From Octopus sinensis (Eukaryota), in the NCBI RefSeq assembly GCF_006345805.1, contig NC_043019.1:8617360-8681359 (forward strand): DNA of 64,000 nucleotides, in the 5' to 3' direction. The notes below the pieces were generated by a model. That model did no database searches and was not told the origin of the DNA. It was given only the letters and a program-made list of their open reading frames with translations. Shown here piece by piece: positions 1 to 14,009 of this stretch; the stretch's first letter is position 1; each line of letters begins with the position of its first letter. The position numbers were made by a program, and so were the translations under genes.

Positions 1-1803
1 GTTTGGTTTATCGAAATCGCCTCTTTTAACATTTGGTTATCAAAATAAAATTATGCAAAGTGTTTCTATTCTCCTACAAGCAGAATATATGGTAATTTTG
101 TGGGTCGAATTTCTTTAAAATTTCTCGATCATTCTCAGACGTTTCTTTAGGTCTTGTTAATATTCTATGAATATTTAACAATCTGATTTGTTTTGAGTCT
201 TTTGTCTTTCAATAAGTTAAGCATTATTGACAGGCATTTCCCTGGCGATTACAATGGACTTTCGTAACGAGATTCCTTTTCCTTCTTCATTACAAAACAA
301 CTCAAAATTTTTGGTCCATTGAATATAGTAAACATTTTCATTTTATTTGCTTTAGTCACCAATTCTCTATCCTTGCATCATCCTCCCAATATAGTTTGGT
401 CAATCTCCCTACTTAACTTTACTTTTCTTCCTCGTATTTATTCTGCTGTAAATTTTTCATCGTCCAATATATATCCAGCCATTGTATAAAGTTTAATACG
501 TCTTTCTTTCTCCAGCTTTTTTTCGTTTTCCTCCTCTCACCCTTTCAACCAGTTATTTATTTATTTATTTATTCAATTTTCACTGTCTTGCTTATATTTT
601 AAAGTCACTCTTCATAATTATTTGCTTCCTCTATTACAATATTGTACCTAGCACGCCTATATTTTTCTTTGATTATAGAAACGTCAATTTTAGGATATTT
701 CTCTCGCTTCTGCCTCCATGTCGTCACCGATTTCTCTCCCTTTCTGCTGTATAATTTTTCTCATCCTTCACTTCTGCCCTTACTTTAGGCCTTCTGCATG
801 GAGAACATGCTCTCTCCATCAATCACGTTACCTTCTATTATTTCAATTTTGCCAAGCAATATATTTTAAATAGTTAAATGATTCACATAATATCGTTGGT
901 GAACTTCACATTCAGTTACACCCCCTAGCTTAGAATCTGAACGCAAATAACCAATGGTTTGAGTATCTCGTGTATATACGTTTTTGCCAAATACAAACAC
1001 CCGAAGGTACCTCGAAAACTAATGGGCAATAGGTATTTAAATGACAAGATCAATCCCTCAATTACCTTTATTAAACGGGAATCACAATTGTCTGTTACTA
1101 ACGCTCTACAGAATATTAAGATTGTGGTAAACATAAAAGTGCTTCTTTTATCATTTCCAAAATTTACGACTGAACCTTTAGAAAACTTTAAAGATTTACA
1201 CAATCTGCCTGCTTAGTTTCACGCCTGTTATATTAGTTATTAGATCCGTATAATTTAAAGACACCAGCAGAATCTATTACGCTATAGGAAAGGCATAGTA
1301 ATAAGTTCTGTACTGTGTAGAAAGAACTGAATGTTTGTGAGTTTAAGAACGTTTTTTTTTTTTTTGTGCATGCTTGTCTCTATAATAAATTCTACTTTTC
1401 TCTCGGCAGTGTGTTCCAGGAATGTCGGATTATTAAGTGTCCAATAGGAATATCAGCATGGGAAAATGAAATTAAATATTTAAGAAAAACGAAACCGTGT
1501 AAAAACGAAAGTACAGAAGAATAACGAATAAAGTTATACTTTGAAATATGACAGACAGATATGAATAAATATATATATGTTTATATATAAACGAAAACCA
1601 AGTAACACATTATGTTTATCAATACATCGTCATAGCAATAACAGCCGCTGTCAGTCGGTGGAAGAGCTACACATCCACCACCACCACCAACAACAACACC
1701 AACAACTGCAGCTATAAATTTCGTAGCAACAAGAAATACAAGCGATGCTGACAACTCCATATGAAAAGATTATGTAAAGCATATTCATACTTCTGCATAG
1801 GCA

Positions 1804-1886
<83 letters not shown>

Positions 1887-1934
1887 TACATATGTACATG
1901 TACATACATGTATACATATATATATGTACGTATG

Positions 1935-1971
<37 letters not shown>

Positions 1972-2209
1972 CTATTTGTAATATGTGCCCGACTGTCCAT
2001 GTAAGTACAAAGGAATTGATTCCATAACGATATATTCTCTGGAGTCTTTCTTATTTCGAAGCAGTCTTCTGAAATTCCGGCGAATGATGTTCCCTCACGT
2101 TGTCTTATTCAAAACTTATAAAATATGGCATCGAAGAAGCAGACTCTTCAGATAACAGTCTCCGCTTCCTGATAGGCTTTTATGTCACACAACTTCTTTC
2201 GGTTTTAAC

Positions 2210-2215
2210 TTTATT
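2210..2215 (-). promoter_or_regulatory. Possible polyadenylation signal AATAAA for the minus-strand gene
   Basis: AATAAA about 280 nt downstream of the TGA; the hexamer is common in AT-rich DNA, so support is weak. Confidence 0.2.
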
Positions 2216-2496
2216 GATTTATGGGGCATGCGATACACATATACATACATACATGCATATATATATATATATATATATATACGTACAAATATATACGCAT
2301 GTAAATACGAATATGGATATATGAACATAGAGCGTGTGTATATATGAAGATATATCAATTTAAATATGTGCTTCACTACCAACTTAAAGCCAAATAAATT
2401 TTCAGATACATATATATCATTTATCATTTGTCACTTAAATGTTTCAGCCACAGGTCCCGTCCTAGCTGGAGCATCGCCGTTCAGTGTAGTTCGGTT

Positions 2497-2585
2497 TCAT
2501 TTCTGTTCTGTTTTTGCTGAAGTAGCGTATTTGACGGAACCGCTCACATTCGTGCCTCCTGCCTCGATCTGTTCACTTAGCACTT
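2497..2585 (-). CDS. Candidate terminal coding exon of unidentified minus-strand gene: (E)VLSEQIEAGGTNVSGSVKYATSAKTEQK*
   Basis: Acceptor ..tgatcattcAG at 2587-2586; phase-1 entry matches the phase-1 exit of exon 7867-7985; GC-richer non-repetitive sequence; TGA at 2499-2497. Confidence 0.5.
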
Positions 2586-2763
2586 CTGAATGATCAATAT
2601 ATAATTACTTATTACATATTATATACTGATCATTCATTTTTATACTTTTTGAGATCTAATTATATGTTTTATAAAAATACATATTATTTGTTATTTATAT
2701 TTTGGTTTATGTCTATCACTGTTAGAGTTGCATAATAGTGCTTTTATCTCTAATTTATATTTT

Positions 2764-2814
<51 letters not shown>

Positions 2815-3259
2815 TACTTACGATCTGGCATCTCTTCTCTGCCAAGCATTTAACTGTAGCCTGCTTTGGAGACTATGATCCATTTATCACGTAATTTCTG
2901 AGTATAGACACTTTTGCATCTCAAAAAATTATCAGTCTCCTTCTGTGTGCGGAAGATTAAGGTTTGAATGTCTTTTTTGCTGATATTTCCGAGTGTTTTC
3001 GATCGAAACTCTACCCTTTGAACTCTGGCTCAGTGTGATGGCCCACGTCTAAAATCCTCTTACTATTTCTTCAGAAAAGATTCTCATTGTTCGAAATTAG
3101 CGTAACAACCCATCGGGCATCCTTAAACACCGGATAGGTAATACATACGACCATAGAACCAAAGGAATCCACGGAAGAACACGATGTGAATACGTTAAAG
3201 ATTAATTTGAAGTATTCCAATCGAAAATGGCGATATTTCAGCCAGAAATTAATATATAA

Positions 3260-3346
<87 letters not shown>

Positions 3347-3945
3347 TTCTACTATAAGTATAAAAGTGTTCAAAAATTGTTATCATTGGCTAGCATATAT
3401 AAATACCTTTTTAATGTGAAAATTACGAGCAATTACAAATAAGGGCAAAACAAAAATAGCCCTTCTAAGCACATACGACATTTTTCAGTATAAATACACA
3501 GCTTGTTGGAAGGAGGAAAGCAAGCTCACAGAAGTTTTTAAAATTCCGTTATTCCAGAGTCAGACCGATATCTGGATTAATCTAAATGCATTCTTCCTTC
3601 GTCTGCGAGGAACACGATCAGAATAAATGGAATACTTACACATACCCACGGAAAAAAGTAGTACATTTAAGTACCTCAAATATATCCAAAGAGAAATTCT
3701 GTAGCAAGCCGCAACACACGTGTAGTCGGTCAGGTAACTCAGGCAAAGTGGTTACCAGTCCCGCAGTGAATGGTAATAAATTTACTTCTAATATAAGGAT
3801 AAAATTTTTCCAACAATAGTGAAAAATATTGTATGTGGCTAGACGATCTAAAGTCAATGTCTCAGCATATTGGCATAGAAAATTTTTCCTTGCCCTTACT
3901 TGTAATTATATATATATATATAAACACACACACACACACACATAT

Positions 3946-4006
<61 letters not shown>

Positions 4007-4374
4007 TGCTACATAGGATACATGTGTAACTACATTAAATACATTCGCTGATACATTTTGAACTATATTTGCAAATAGTAGGAATGTAATGTTGGTACAT
4101 CTGTTGGTACAGTGGTTAGCTTTAATTTGGTGATGCGATTTTTAGTATTCACTAAACACATTATTTTATGTTTCTGTTCGACACTAAATTTGAGTTAAAA
4201 ATGATAAATGTGTCTAGAAGCAATACCAGGTAGAGACAATATTATCATCTTTTTAGGTGGCTAACATATATGGCAAGAAATAAAACTGTGGTGGCAGTCA
4301 ACAAAAATGTGATATCCAAAGACCATCAGTGTTGCAATATCACTATTAATAAAATAGTATTTCCCATTCAGATA

Positions 4375-4392
4375 CACACAAACACGCACACA

Positions 4393-4448
<56 letters not shown>

Positions 4449-4675
4449 ACACATACACACACACATACACACACACACGCACACATACAAACACATACAC
4501 ACACACACACGCACACACGTACACACACACACGTACACACACACACACATAACACACACACTTATTTGTGTATCTATATATTTCCGATTTGCATCAGTAT
4601 ACCTACATGCACACATGTATATGAATATATATGTATCCTTGTATATATATATATATATATATTATATATATTATA

Positions 4676-4707
<32 letters not shown>

Positions 4708-4875
4708 CATATATATATGCATATATATATGTATGTTCATATATATGTATATATATATATATATATATTATATATACATTATATATACATATATATATAT
4801 GTTTATACATATCTCTCTCTATATATATATGTGTGTGTGTGTGAATATATATGAATGTGTATATATATATATATA
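4375..4875. repeat. Compound (CA)n/(TA)n microsatellite
   Basis: Direct reading. Confidence 0.95.
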
Positions 4876-6239
4876 CAGCAATATTTAGGTGTCAGTGTGT
4901 TTGTATGTCGGTGTCTTCTGGAGGTTTTATTACGAAGTGTAACTTCATATTTGTTGTATTATATATCACAAGTAATGCTCCAGTCTGATTTATTTCCTAT
5001 TTATTGATCGTTTTCGTTAATATCTTTACACAGACGTGTTTTTTCTAACGAAATATATATGCGAATATTCTATGTATGTGTGTGTGTTGGTATGTGTGTG
5101 CGTGTATGCGCGTTTGCATATTATAAATATATGTGTGTGTATGTATGTATATATATATATATATATACATACATATATACACACATACATACATTCATAC
5201 ATACATACTACGTACGTACAGCAAACACATACAAATATACCCACGCAGTCCTCTCATATTTCTGTATGTATTCTGTTATGCATAAATGTCGAAGAATTTG
5301 GTTTTATTGAAATTCCTTATGTTTTTCACATTGTCCTACTATATGTTAAATGGGTCGGAAAGTGGTTGGTAAATCATTGATAGACTTTGAATATCTGAAA
5401 CTCTTTAAAGAATACTATGAAAAGATTAATATAAACGGCTTGAGATATTTGTCGTAGACGAAATGTTAACAGAAAACTGTAGTCTTTCACTTTGAACTAT
5501 TAACTGTAGAGGGGCAGGCCTGCATGATTTTCAATGACTGACTAAATGAAAACCGTGCATTTATGTGAGTGCTATCATGGTTTTCTCGAGGATGATTTTG
5601 AAGGGAAATTCCGAAAGACATTGAGCGAATGTTCTATTGCGTGGGCTTATACTACCTAGAGGATTTCTCACAACACCTAGGGATAATATGGCCTTCATAA
5701 ACGCAACGTCCATAGGTGATCTTTATTTTTTTTTTTCTCTCTGCCTGTTTCATCCGCTTGATTGCAGGTGACATATTTATGTGCTCTCATGCAATTGTGA
5801 TGTTGCTCCAATCAATCTATCAATTTATTTATCCTTTGATGACCCTCACCATTAGCTGAGTCTTGGAATACCATTTCCTGTCACGAAGCGATAGATAAAG
5901 ACATCTTCAATGAAGCCCTAATTATTCTGTAAATCTATCGCACTGGGTTAAACCTTTATCCGCCATTTGACGGAAATACTTACCGCCCTTATCTTGATAA
6001 GATTTCCAAGCGAACAGTTGTCGGAAAGGCTGCACGTCATTATATATGGCAATCCAGTTCTATATTTAAGATGAGGAATTATGTACCTTATTTACATTAT
6101 TTACAATTGACGGATATCTGTCCTCATCTTGTTTGTTGTTAACACAACGCTTTTGTTGATATACTCTCCAGACTTCATCAGGTGTTTTGGGGAAATTTCG
6201 AACTTGTGTTCTCATTCCTAAGGTATTTTTCGATATTGT

Positions 6240-6241
6240 TG

Positions 6242-6312
<71 letters not shown>

Positions 6313-6523
6313 TAGTTTTATTTTTATAGCGTGCTTTCACTTCACTACCGAGCGCAGCTCTGTGTGCCTTGGGTATGTGCTGTGATTTGTTGTGATGCTC
6401 TGATGGTTATTGTATGGAAAGTGTTCTGCGTAGGATGTGTGCAGTGCCTAGTAGTGCAATTTTCTGTATGTTATATGTGTTTGTTATATGTGTTATTATT
6501 ATTAATTATTATTATTATTATTA

Positions 6524-6565
<42 letters not shown>

Positions 6566-6576
6566 CATTATTATTA

Positions 6577-6651
<75 letters not shown>

Positions 6652-6701
6652 TATTATTATTATTATCATTATTATTATTATTATCATTATTATTATTATT
6701 A

Positions 6702-6759
<58 letters not shown>

Positions 6760-6778
6760 GTTATTATTATTATTATTA
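6240..6778. repeat. Two (ATT)n tracts (6240-6308, 6495-6778)
   Basis: Direct reading. Confidence 0.95.
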
Positions 6779-7310
6779 AAATTGTAACTGGTCCATAGCA
6801 TATTAATAAGAATAAGGTTGTTTATTCTGTTTTATCATCTTGGATGTAGGCTTGAGTCTTTCAATGCAATTGATTATGATTCTGGAGATTGCAAATCATT
6901 GTTAGAGAAAGTCTTTGTTGCCAGACGAGTGGTAATTCATTACCGAAGAGATACGAATTCTGAAGATTGCTACTCCTCAACCATTGTTTATTTTCATTAA
7001 TTGATGTTCTTGTTTTTTGCTTAAATATCCATCAGTGCGTATATGAATATTTATAACTAAGTCTAAGTACAGATATATACATCTATGTAAAGAAGGCCAG
7101 AGCATGCATGCTACTGTGTAGATAATCAAATTACGTGTTTCTCTACGAGTCTTTCAGACATCGGTTGTCGAGAGATTTCAGTGATTTAAGACGACTATAA
7201 CTTTTTATTTCCGCTTTCACTATTTTCATGTATACATATACATATACATACACATACACACACACAACACACACACACACACACAGACGCACACACATAT
7301 ATATATATAT

Positions 7311-7665
7311 ATAATATAAAGTCCGTTCCGTCTGTGTGTCTTCTAGGATCTCGGGCATTCTCCATCCGATTGCGCTCAAATTTGATATACAGATACCGAC
7401 GGTATCAAGGCGTGTAAAAGTCTTGAAAATTTACAAAAGTCGATTCCAGGTGAGAATGCGATCGATAAGGTGAATAAAATCGTTTTTCTTTGGAATAGAA
7501 AATAGTCTATCTTTATTTCTTCATTTGCTGGTTTCTCAAATTTAGGTTAAATCAGCGTTTCTCAAAGGGGAGGCCTATGGGACGGCCAGTCAAGTTGTTT
7601 TGAGAAAATTTAGTTTAGATGCTTGAAAAATCATCGCCGTCCATTGGACGGGGGGTGGTGCTCGT
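7311..7665 (+). mobile_element. Non-autonomous Helitron-like element
   Basis: 5' gtccgttccgtctgtgtgtc...gatctcggg...ccatccgattgcgctcaaatttg motif typical of non-autonomous Helitrons/HINEs; 3' hairpin CCGTCC-att-GGACGG (7637-7651) followed by CTCGT (CTAGT-like); flanked by (TA)n. Confidence 0.6.
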
Positions 7666-7866
7666 ATATATATATATATATTCACACATATAGTTCATAT
7701 GCGATAGTTCCAGTCACGTTAGAACTATGCAGTCATTAAAAGCATCAACATAGATCGGAACTTGATAAAGAAGTCAAAGAGACAAAGGAAACTGTGAGTG
7801 GCTGTGTATTCGTCTGACTAAATGCAGTACACGATGTAACGAGTGACATGTGTAACGACACATTAC

Positions 7867-7985
7867 CTTTGGCACTCCTAGCAACTCCTTGAATGACATC
7901 AGCGTTGCTCACTATTTTGTCAAAGCTTATACTGGATTGCCTGCTTCTCCGGCGTTCTTCCTTTTTTATCTTTCGTTGTTTGTCT
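7867..7985 (-). CDS. Candidate internal coding exon (119 nt, phase 2 to 1): (R)DKQRKIKKEERRRSRQSSISFDKIVSNADVIQGVARSAK
   Basis: Acceptor catttgcAG, donor AAG|GTAATG; open frame with protein-like basic and RRxS-type sequence; purine-rich. Confidence 0.6.
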
Positions 7986-8045
7986 CTGCAAATGCTGGAG
8001 CTTAATATCATCACATTAATCTAACATCACTGGAAATATTCACCG

Positions 8046-8290
8046 ACTCTCTCTCTCTCTCCCTCTCTCTTTCTCTCTCGCCTTTTCTCGCTCTTTCTCT
8101 ATCATTACTCTTTCTCTCTCTTTATCGCTCTTTCTCTCTCTCTCTCTCTCCCTCTCTCTTTCTCTCTCGCCTTTTCTCGCTCTTTCTCTCTCTCTCTCTC
8201 TCTCTCTCGCTCTTTCTCTCTCTCGCGCTCTTTCTCTCTCTCGCTCTTTCTCTCTCTCTCTTTCTTTCTCGCGCTCTCTCTCTCTCACTC
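8046..8290. repeat. (CT)n-rich compound repeat
   Basis: Direct reading; contains a duplicated block of about 40 bp. Confidence 0.95.
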
Positions 8291-8856
8291 CATTTCTCTC
8301 TCATTCTCTCCTCAATATATTTTTCAATTTCTGAGAAATGAAATATTAATTTAAACTCCACAAGTTTCAAATATTAAACACGAATTTAAGGCAATAAATA
8401 ATCCAAAAAAGAAAAAACCATGAGCCACTTCGTTTACGATTCCTGCAATAACGTCACCAATTCTCTAAACACAGTAACGTGATGATATATGTGTCGGGAT
8501 GGAAATTACTCGAAGGTTTATTAACACAGGAAAAGAATAACTGAGGAAAACCACATCAATCGTTCTTCCCAACTAATTTCATTTCGCTTCAGCTTAATGC
8601 AGACAAAACCACGCATGGCGACTCAGTTTGAATAATATTAAAATCGAGATTAAGGATAGAAATAGTTTAATAGGAATAAATACTCACCGATACCCACTTG
8701 CGAACTATAGCTTTAATAGAGTGAATTGGAATTTAAGTGATTTGAAAGGGAAACTGCTCTCTGCATTCTAAAAGCTGTAAACATAGAGTGGATGTGAATT
8801 AAAGAGTTTAATAAAAATAGAATTCGAATGCAAGGCAATGAAAATTTGTTTTCGAT

Positions 8857-8889
<33 letters not shown>

Positions 8890-9064
8890 CATCAGAAGGA
8901 AGATGTAAGCTATAGAGTTTGCTTCACACGTACACGATACCTTTTCTATAACATGATGAAGCATATTGTGAATGTGAATCAGTTAAAGTCATTTTTACGA
9001 TATATACATATATATATACACAGAGAGGGAGATAGAGAGAGAAAAGAGAGAGATAGAGAGGGAG

Positions 9065-9480
9065 AGAGACGCAGACGCAGCTGCGTGGTAAAAGGTTTGC
9101 TTTCCAGCCAAATGGTTCCGAGTTCAGTCCCACAGCGTGGCATTTTGGGTAAGTGTTTTCTAGTACTGCCTCGGGCCGACCAAAGCTTTATGAGTAGATT
9201 TGGTAGACGGAAACTGAGAGAAGCTTATCGTGCATATATATATATATATATAATATATATATATATATATAATTTATCTGAGTCCCCCTAGCAACCATCG
9301 CTTCAAAACAGATGTTGTTGTGTTTACATCCCCGAAACTTAGCAGTTCAGCAAACGATACCGAGAGAATAAGTACTAGGCTTACAAAGAATAAATCCTGC
9401 GCTCGATGTTTTCGACTTAAGGCGACGCTACAATACGGCAGCAATCAAATAACTGAAACGTGTAAAAGAGTAAAATAGTT
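9065..9480 (+). mobile_element. tRNA-derived SINE, family B, interrupted by (TA)n
   Basis: Head gctgcgtggtaaaaggtttgct...ggttccgagttcagtccc, body gatttggtagacggaaactga, 3' part gatgttgttgtgtttacatccccg...actgaaacgtgtaaaaga; shared with several other copies in the window. Confidence 0.8.
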
Positions 9481-10729
9481 TATGTATATCTTTAAGGCAA
9501 ATTAAGGCAATTCAAAGTATGTCTGAGGGATATTTGAACATGTGAAAGCATATCACTGCAGTCTGTTATGGGAAACAATTATTTCTCCAGGCAAAAATGA
9601 GTTAATGTAGCATCAGCAGCTCAGAATACCCTTTATTAGACGCATGTACACAGCCTCATAGTCAATATGCGCAGTTAGCTCATACTTTTTAATTAACATT
9701 AAAGGAAGTTTTGTGTTCTCCGTACTTCAGATATCTCGACACCGGTATCTAGTTCTGATGAAAACAAATTAGAAACGCATCTCTTATTCGAACAGAGCGT
9801 GCTCTGAGTTGACGACAGTGTTTAACCACCTTGCCAACAGAAATGAGAATTTTTCTTATTCATCGAAGCTGCATAGGAACGTCTAACTTATATGAATATG
9901 TACTGAGAATGAAACAACTAAAGGTACATGAATGCTACATCAATTATTATGAAGAGACTTATTCAGCAGTCGGGTCGTAATTTAGTGAGACTGACACAGC
10001 AGTAAACAAATTAAACACTCGATTCACTCAGAGTTGTTAGATATAAGACAAATACGCTTTACCTACACGAAATGCACTTCTACTGCAAATGGTGGAATAC
10101 GGATGTGTGATTAATGGTGCCGTGAATATTTAAGTAAACATCTTCTAAGATTGGTGCAAGATCAGGACTTTGGTATAGGAAATAAAATCGATTTTATAGA
10201 CACCAGTATCTGAGATGCACGCTATTTTATCACTCCCAATAGGTTGAACAAGAAAGCTGAACCGGGGGGAGATTTGAACATGCAACTTAAAGAATCTGAT
10301 CAATTATCTCATTCATTGCATTTTCCGCAAAAATGATTTCGCCTAAAACAACCTTATTCTTCATTTTCTTACCGTAAACAAGAAACTAGAAATTTCGTAG
10401 GTGAGATGCAATTATTCATATTGTAAAGAGAACGTAAAAAGTGCTTCGATATTTTCTTTAACATCACTGAAAGGATAAAAAGGCAAAGTGGACCTCAGCT
10501 GGGTATAAACTACCTGAACCATTACTGTACGATGTTATTCCCAACGTTTTAAAGATTCCAGAAGCCCACATACATATTCGCAATATCAATAATGGGAACA
10601 GCATTCTATATTAAGCGTTTCTTAATCCAGAATTGCTTAATCTATGTTTTGTAAGACATACATAATTATTTTTGGACAAAATAAATAATGGGTGCTTTTT
10701 TTTCTGAAAATGTCAACACGTTAATAATA

Positions 10730-10818
<89 letters not shown>

Positions 10819-11422
10819 GTAATGGTAATGATGATGCTGATGATGATAATGATGATAATAAAAGCAACAACAACAACAAGAATAATAATAATGATAATCT
10901 CTCAGAGGATCGTTGGGAATATGCAATTGCTAACACAAATCTCTATTATACTCTAATGAAACAAAACATCTAATTGATTATTAGTTTCAAACGACCACGC
11001 TACATCTCCAGATGCAAACAAAAATAAAGCATTTAATTATTAAAACCTTGGGAATGAAATATGTTGAATGAGAAAATTAGAAAATAGAAATAACCCACTT
11101 GAGAATCGATATATTCGTTTTTCCATTTATGGAAATAAAATTGAAAACTTATATAAAAGCGAGAAAAATGAGCTTCAGTATTTCGTACACAATTAACGGC
11201 TACATGCTATCACTCAAAATTACGTTCATCAAAACAGATATTTAAGTTCATTATCTATAAAGATGGTTAATCCTAATGTAGATTTAACTTGAATTTCAAT
11301 ATCTAATCTAACGTATATTCTTATACCCACCTAAACCAAAAACATATCACGCCTAAACAGAAATGGTTTTCCTGAGGCAATGAGTACATAACGGAAATAG
11401 AGACACAAAAAAGAAATTTTAC

Positions 11423-11438
11423 CTCGACGTTCGACCTG
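11423..11438 (-). CDS. Candidate 16-nt (or 13-nt) microexon, (A)GRTSR, phase 1 to 2
   Basis: ttgctctttcTAGCAG tandem acceptor and GAG|GTAAAA donor; supplies the phase shift needed between exons 15945-16008 and 7867-7985. Confidence 0.3.
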
Positions 11439-12164
11439 CTAGAAAGAGCAACTGAATATCGTTCAAGTCACATTTAGACGTCTTAATTCAGTAAGAACCA
11501 CATCAGAAAACGTTGTCGTGGATTAAATATAACGATAATATGGTCACTGGAACGGTTTTTTTAAATGGGACAGACCAGACATGTTGTCGGAGGTTAAATA
11601 AAATCTTGAACTTCAACTTTACGAAGAAATACAAGCAACAAAAGTTACAAAGAGTATGTAATGTACACACATATAAAAACTTTTCAGAACTGAATGTGGA
11701 AATTAAGGGGGTCCTGTGGAGGAAGCTGACAGAAACAATGACAGACCTCTATTGGTAGATATGACTATTTGGTGCTGGTGTTTCGTTCACAATGTGTTAT
11801 TCCGACTTCCATTCATTTGCCTAGAAATCGGTCACGTGTCGGCAAATATCAACACGTGTTTACCAATCGTTTGTGAATGGAATTTGATTGATGACAACTA
11901 ATGATTTTCGCGATGGCCACATATTTGCATTGCAGGTTTATTGTTGTTTAAGACAGAATGGTACCATATCGGAGTCCGTTCAGGGAGATATAAATTGTAC
12001 ATATTTGTGGCTTTTGCTATTGTTTTGCCTGTTCATTTGTCTTTGAAAAATCTGTGTTGCATGTTCTAATGAATTCTAACAGAACTAAATGGACCAAATG
12101 GTTTGTTCGATCATTGTTAAAATTCAACAAAATGCTTAACAGTATCGCGTCTATCTTTACGGCC

Positions 12165-12305
12165 TGATTTGAAATGCCACCAAGGTCGATTTATCTTTTT
12201 CTCATTTCATGATCGTTGGAATAAATACCAGTTGCACACGGGTGTCAATGTAATAGATTTAAACTTACACCTTAAACTGCCGGCCTTGTGCCGAAATCTA
12301 AAACC
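12165..12305 (+). mobile_element. Diverged SINE family A fragment
   Basis: aaggtcgattt...aaataccagttgcacacgggtgtcaatgtaat, similar to 62.6 kb. Confidence 0.55.
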
Positions 12306-12329
12306 ACATATCATCATCATCAACAACAA

Positions 12330-12803
12330 CAGTAGTAGTAGTAGTAGTAGTATAGTAGTAGTAGTAGTAATAGTAGTAGTAGTAGTAGTAGTAGTAGCAG
12401 CAGTGGCAGCAGCAGCAGCAGTAGTAGTGGTAGTAGTAGTAGTAGTAGTAGTGGCAGCAGCAGCAGTAGTAGTGGTAGTAGTAGTAGTAGTAGTAGTAGT
12501 AGCAGCAGCAGTAGTAGTGGTAGTAGTAGTTGTAGTAGTAGTAGTAGCGGCAGTAATAGTAGTAGCAGCAGCAGCAGTAGTAGTGATAGTAGTAGTAGTA
12601 GTGGTAGTAGTAGCAGCAGCAGCAGTAGTGGTGGTATAGTAGTAGTAGTAGTAGCAGTAATAGTAGTAGTAGTAGCAGCAGCAGCAGCAGTAGTGGTAGT
12701 GGTAGTAGTAGTAGTAGCGGCAGTAATAGTAGTAGCAGCAGCAGCAGTAGTAGTGGTAGTAGTAGTAGTAGTAGTTGCAGCAGCAGCAGCAGTAGTGGTA
12801 GTG

Positions 12804-12840
<37 letters not shown>

Positions 12841-12881
12841 CAGTAATAGTAGTAGCAGCAGCAGCAGTAGTAGTGGTAGTA

Positions 12882-12927
<46 letters not shown>

Positions 12928-12975
12928 CAGCAGCAGCAGTAGCAGCAGTAGTAGTAGTAGTAGTAGTAGCAGCAG
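12330..12975. repeat. Long compound (AGT)n/(AGC)n trinucleotide repeat
   Basis: Direct reading; source of the poly-V/A and poly-L ORFs. Confidence 0.95.
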
Positions 12976-13344
12976 TTGTTGCTGTTGTTGTTGTCGCATA
13001 TTTTTCCTGTTTTCTATTTCCTTGCTGCTGTCTTCTTTCGGATGATATTTTGTTAATTTTAGTATTTTTTTTTTATTATTTTCATTTTGCTTTTTGTTCT
13101 TGAAGAGAAAATCCTGTTCAAGTCTAGACTTAATGAGATTATCTCCATACAAGAGGAAACATAATCACCTAAAGGTTCTTTGATAAAGAAACAACACCGC
13201 CCTCTCCTCCTCCGCTCTCCGTCCACCTCCGCCTCCTCCTCGCCTTCCTCACCTTCGCCTTTTTGTTATATTTGTTGCCATCATTATTATGATTGCTGTT
13301 ATTGCTGTAACTTCTACTACTACTACTACTACAACTACTACTGC

Positions 13345-13398
<54 letters not shown>

Positions 13399-13399
13399 C

Positions 13400-13431
<32 letters not shown>

Positions 13432-13861
13432 TAATAATAATAATACTATTACTACCACCACCACTACTACCATCACCACCACAACTATCACCACTACTAC
13501 CACCAACTCCATCACCACCGCCACCTGCCACCGACACTACTACTACTAATGCTACTGATGAAGAGGGTGATAATAATAATAATAATAATAATAATTATTA
13601 TTATAACAATGATTATAGTGTGACTACCTCTTCCACAGTGAGTTTCCTAATTTTGCACTTGTTATTAAAACTGTTGCAGCTGCCCTAGATTTTTATTTCT
13701 GATATTTTGACATTGCTGTAAAATGGTGTTGTCGTTATTGTTTTCGTTGTCGCTGTTGTTATTTTTGTCTGTGTTGTTTCCGAACCAGATAACTACATAA
13801 GTATTTCAGAAATAATCGCCGGATTTGTGATACTGACGTAGGATGGCTACATGTGTCTGTG

Positions 13862-13959
<98 letters not shown>

Positions 13960-13963
13960 ATGC

Positions 13964-14009
<46 letters not shown>

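Noticed and set aside
1-1216. Purine-skewed, coding-like minus strand and two overlapping short ORFs
   Set aside because: Frequent stops and no recognisable motif; possibly an unidentifiable decayed element.
1581-1760. Minus-strand 59-aa [48 protein letters not shown]..., resembling a signal peptide plus Cys motif
   Set aside because: Built largely from GTT/GGT triplet repeats beside a (TA)n tract; other frames look equally peptide-like; no promoter or splice support.
3677-3789. Possible minus-strand exon EVNLLPFTAGLVTTLPELPDRLHVCCGLLQNFSLDIFE
   Set aside because: Weak donor, and the phase-0 exit does not join the downstream exon.
7126-7162. Minus-strand CUGAAAGA..GAAAC-AC-GUA; also partial TGATGAAGC remnants near 8955, 32958 and 60955
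   Set aside because: Core spacing wrong or GAAA missing and helix I poor; may be very decayed remnants but not supportable individually.
8689-8776. Consensus GTGAGT donor with upstream acceptors on the minus strand
   Set aside because: All frames closed from the plausible acceptors; cannot be placed in the chain.
9750-9790. CTGATGA...GAAAC hammerhead-like match
   Set aside because: No helix I, helix II or helix III pairing.
12169-13549. Long ORFs of 120-284 aa (poly-V/A/L/Y/N)
   Set aside because: Translations of trinucleotide microsatellites.
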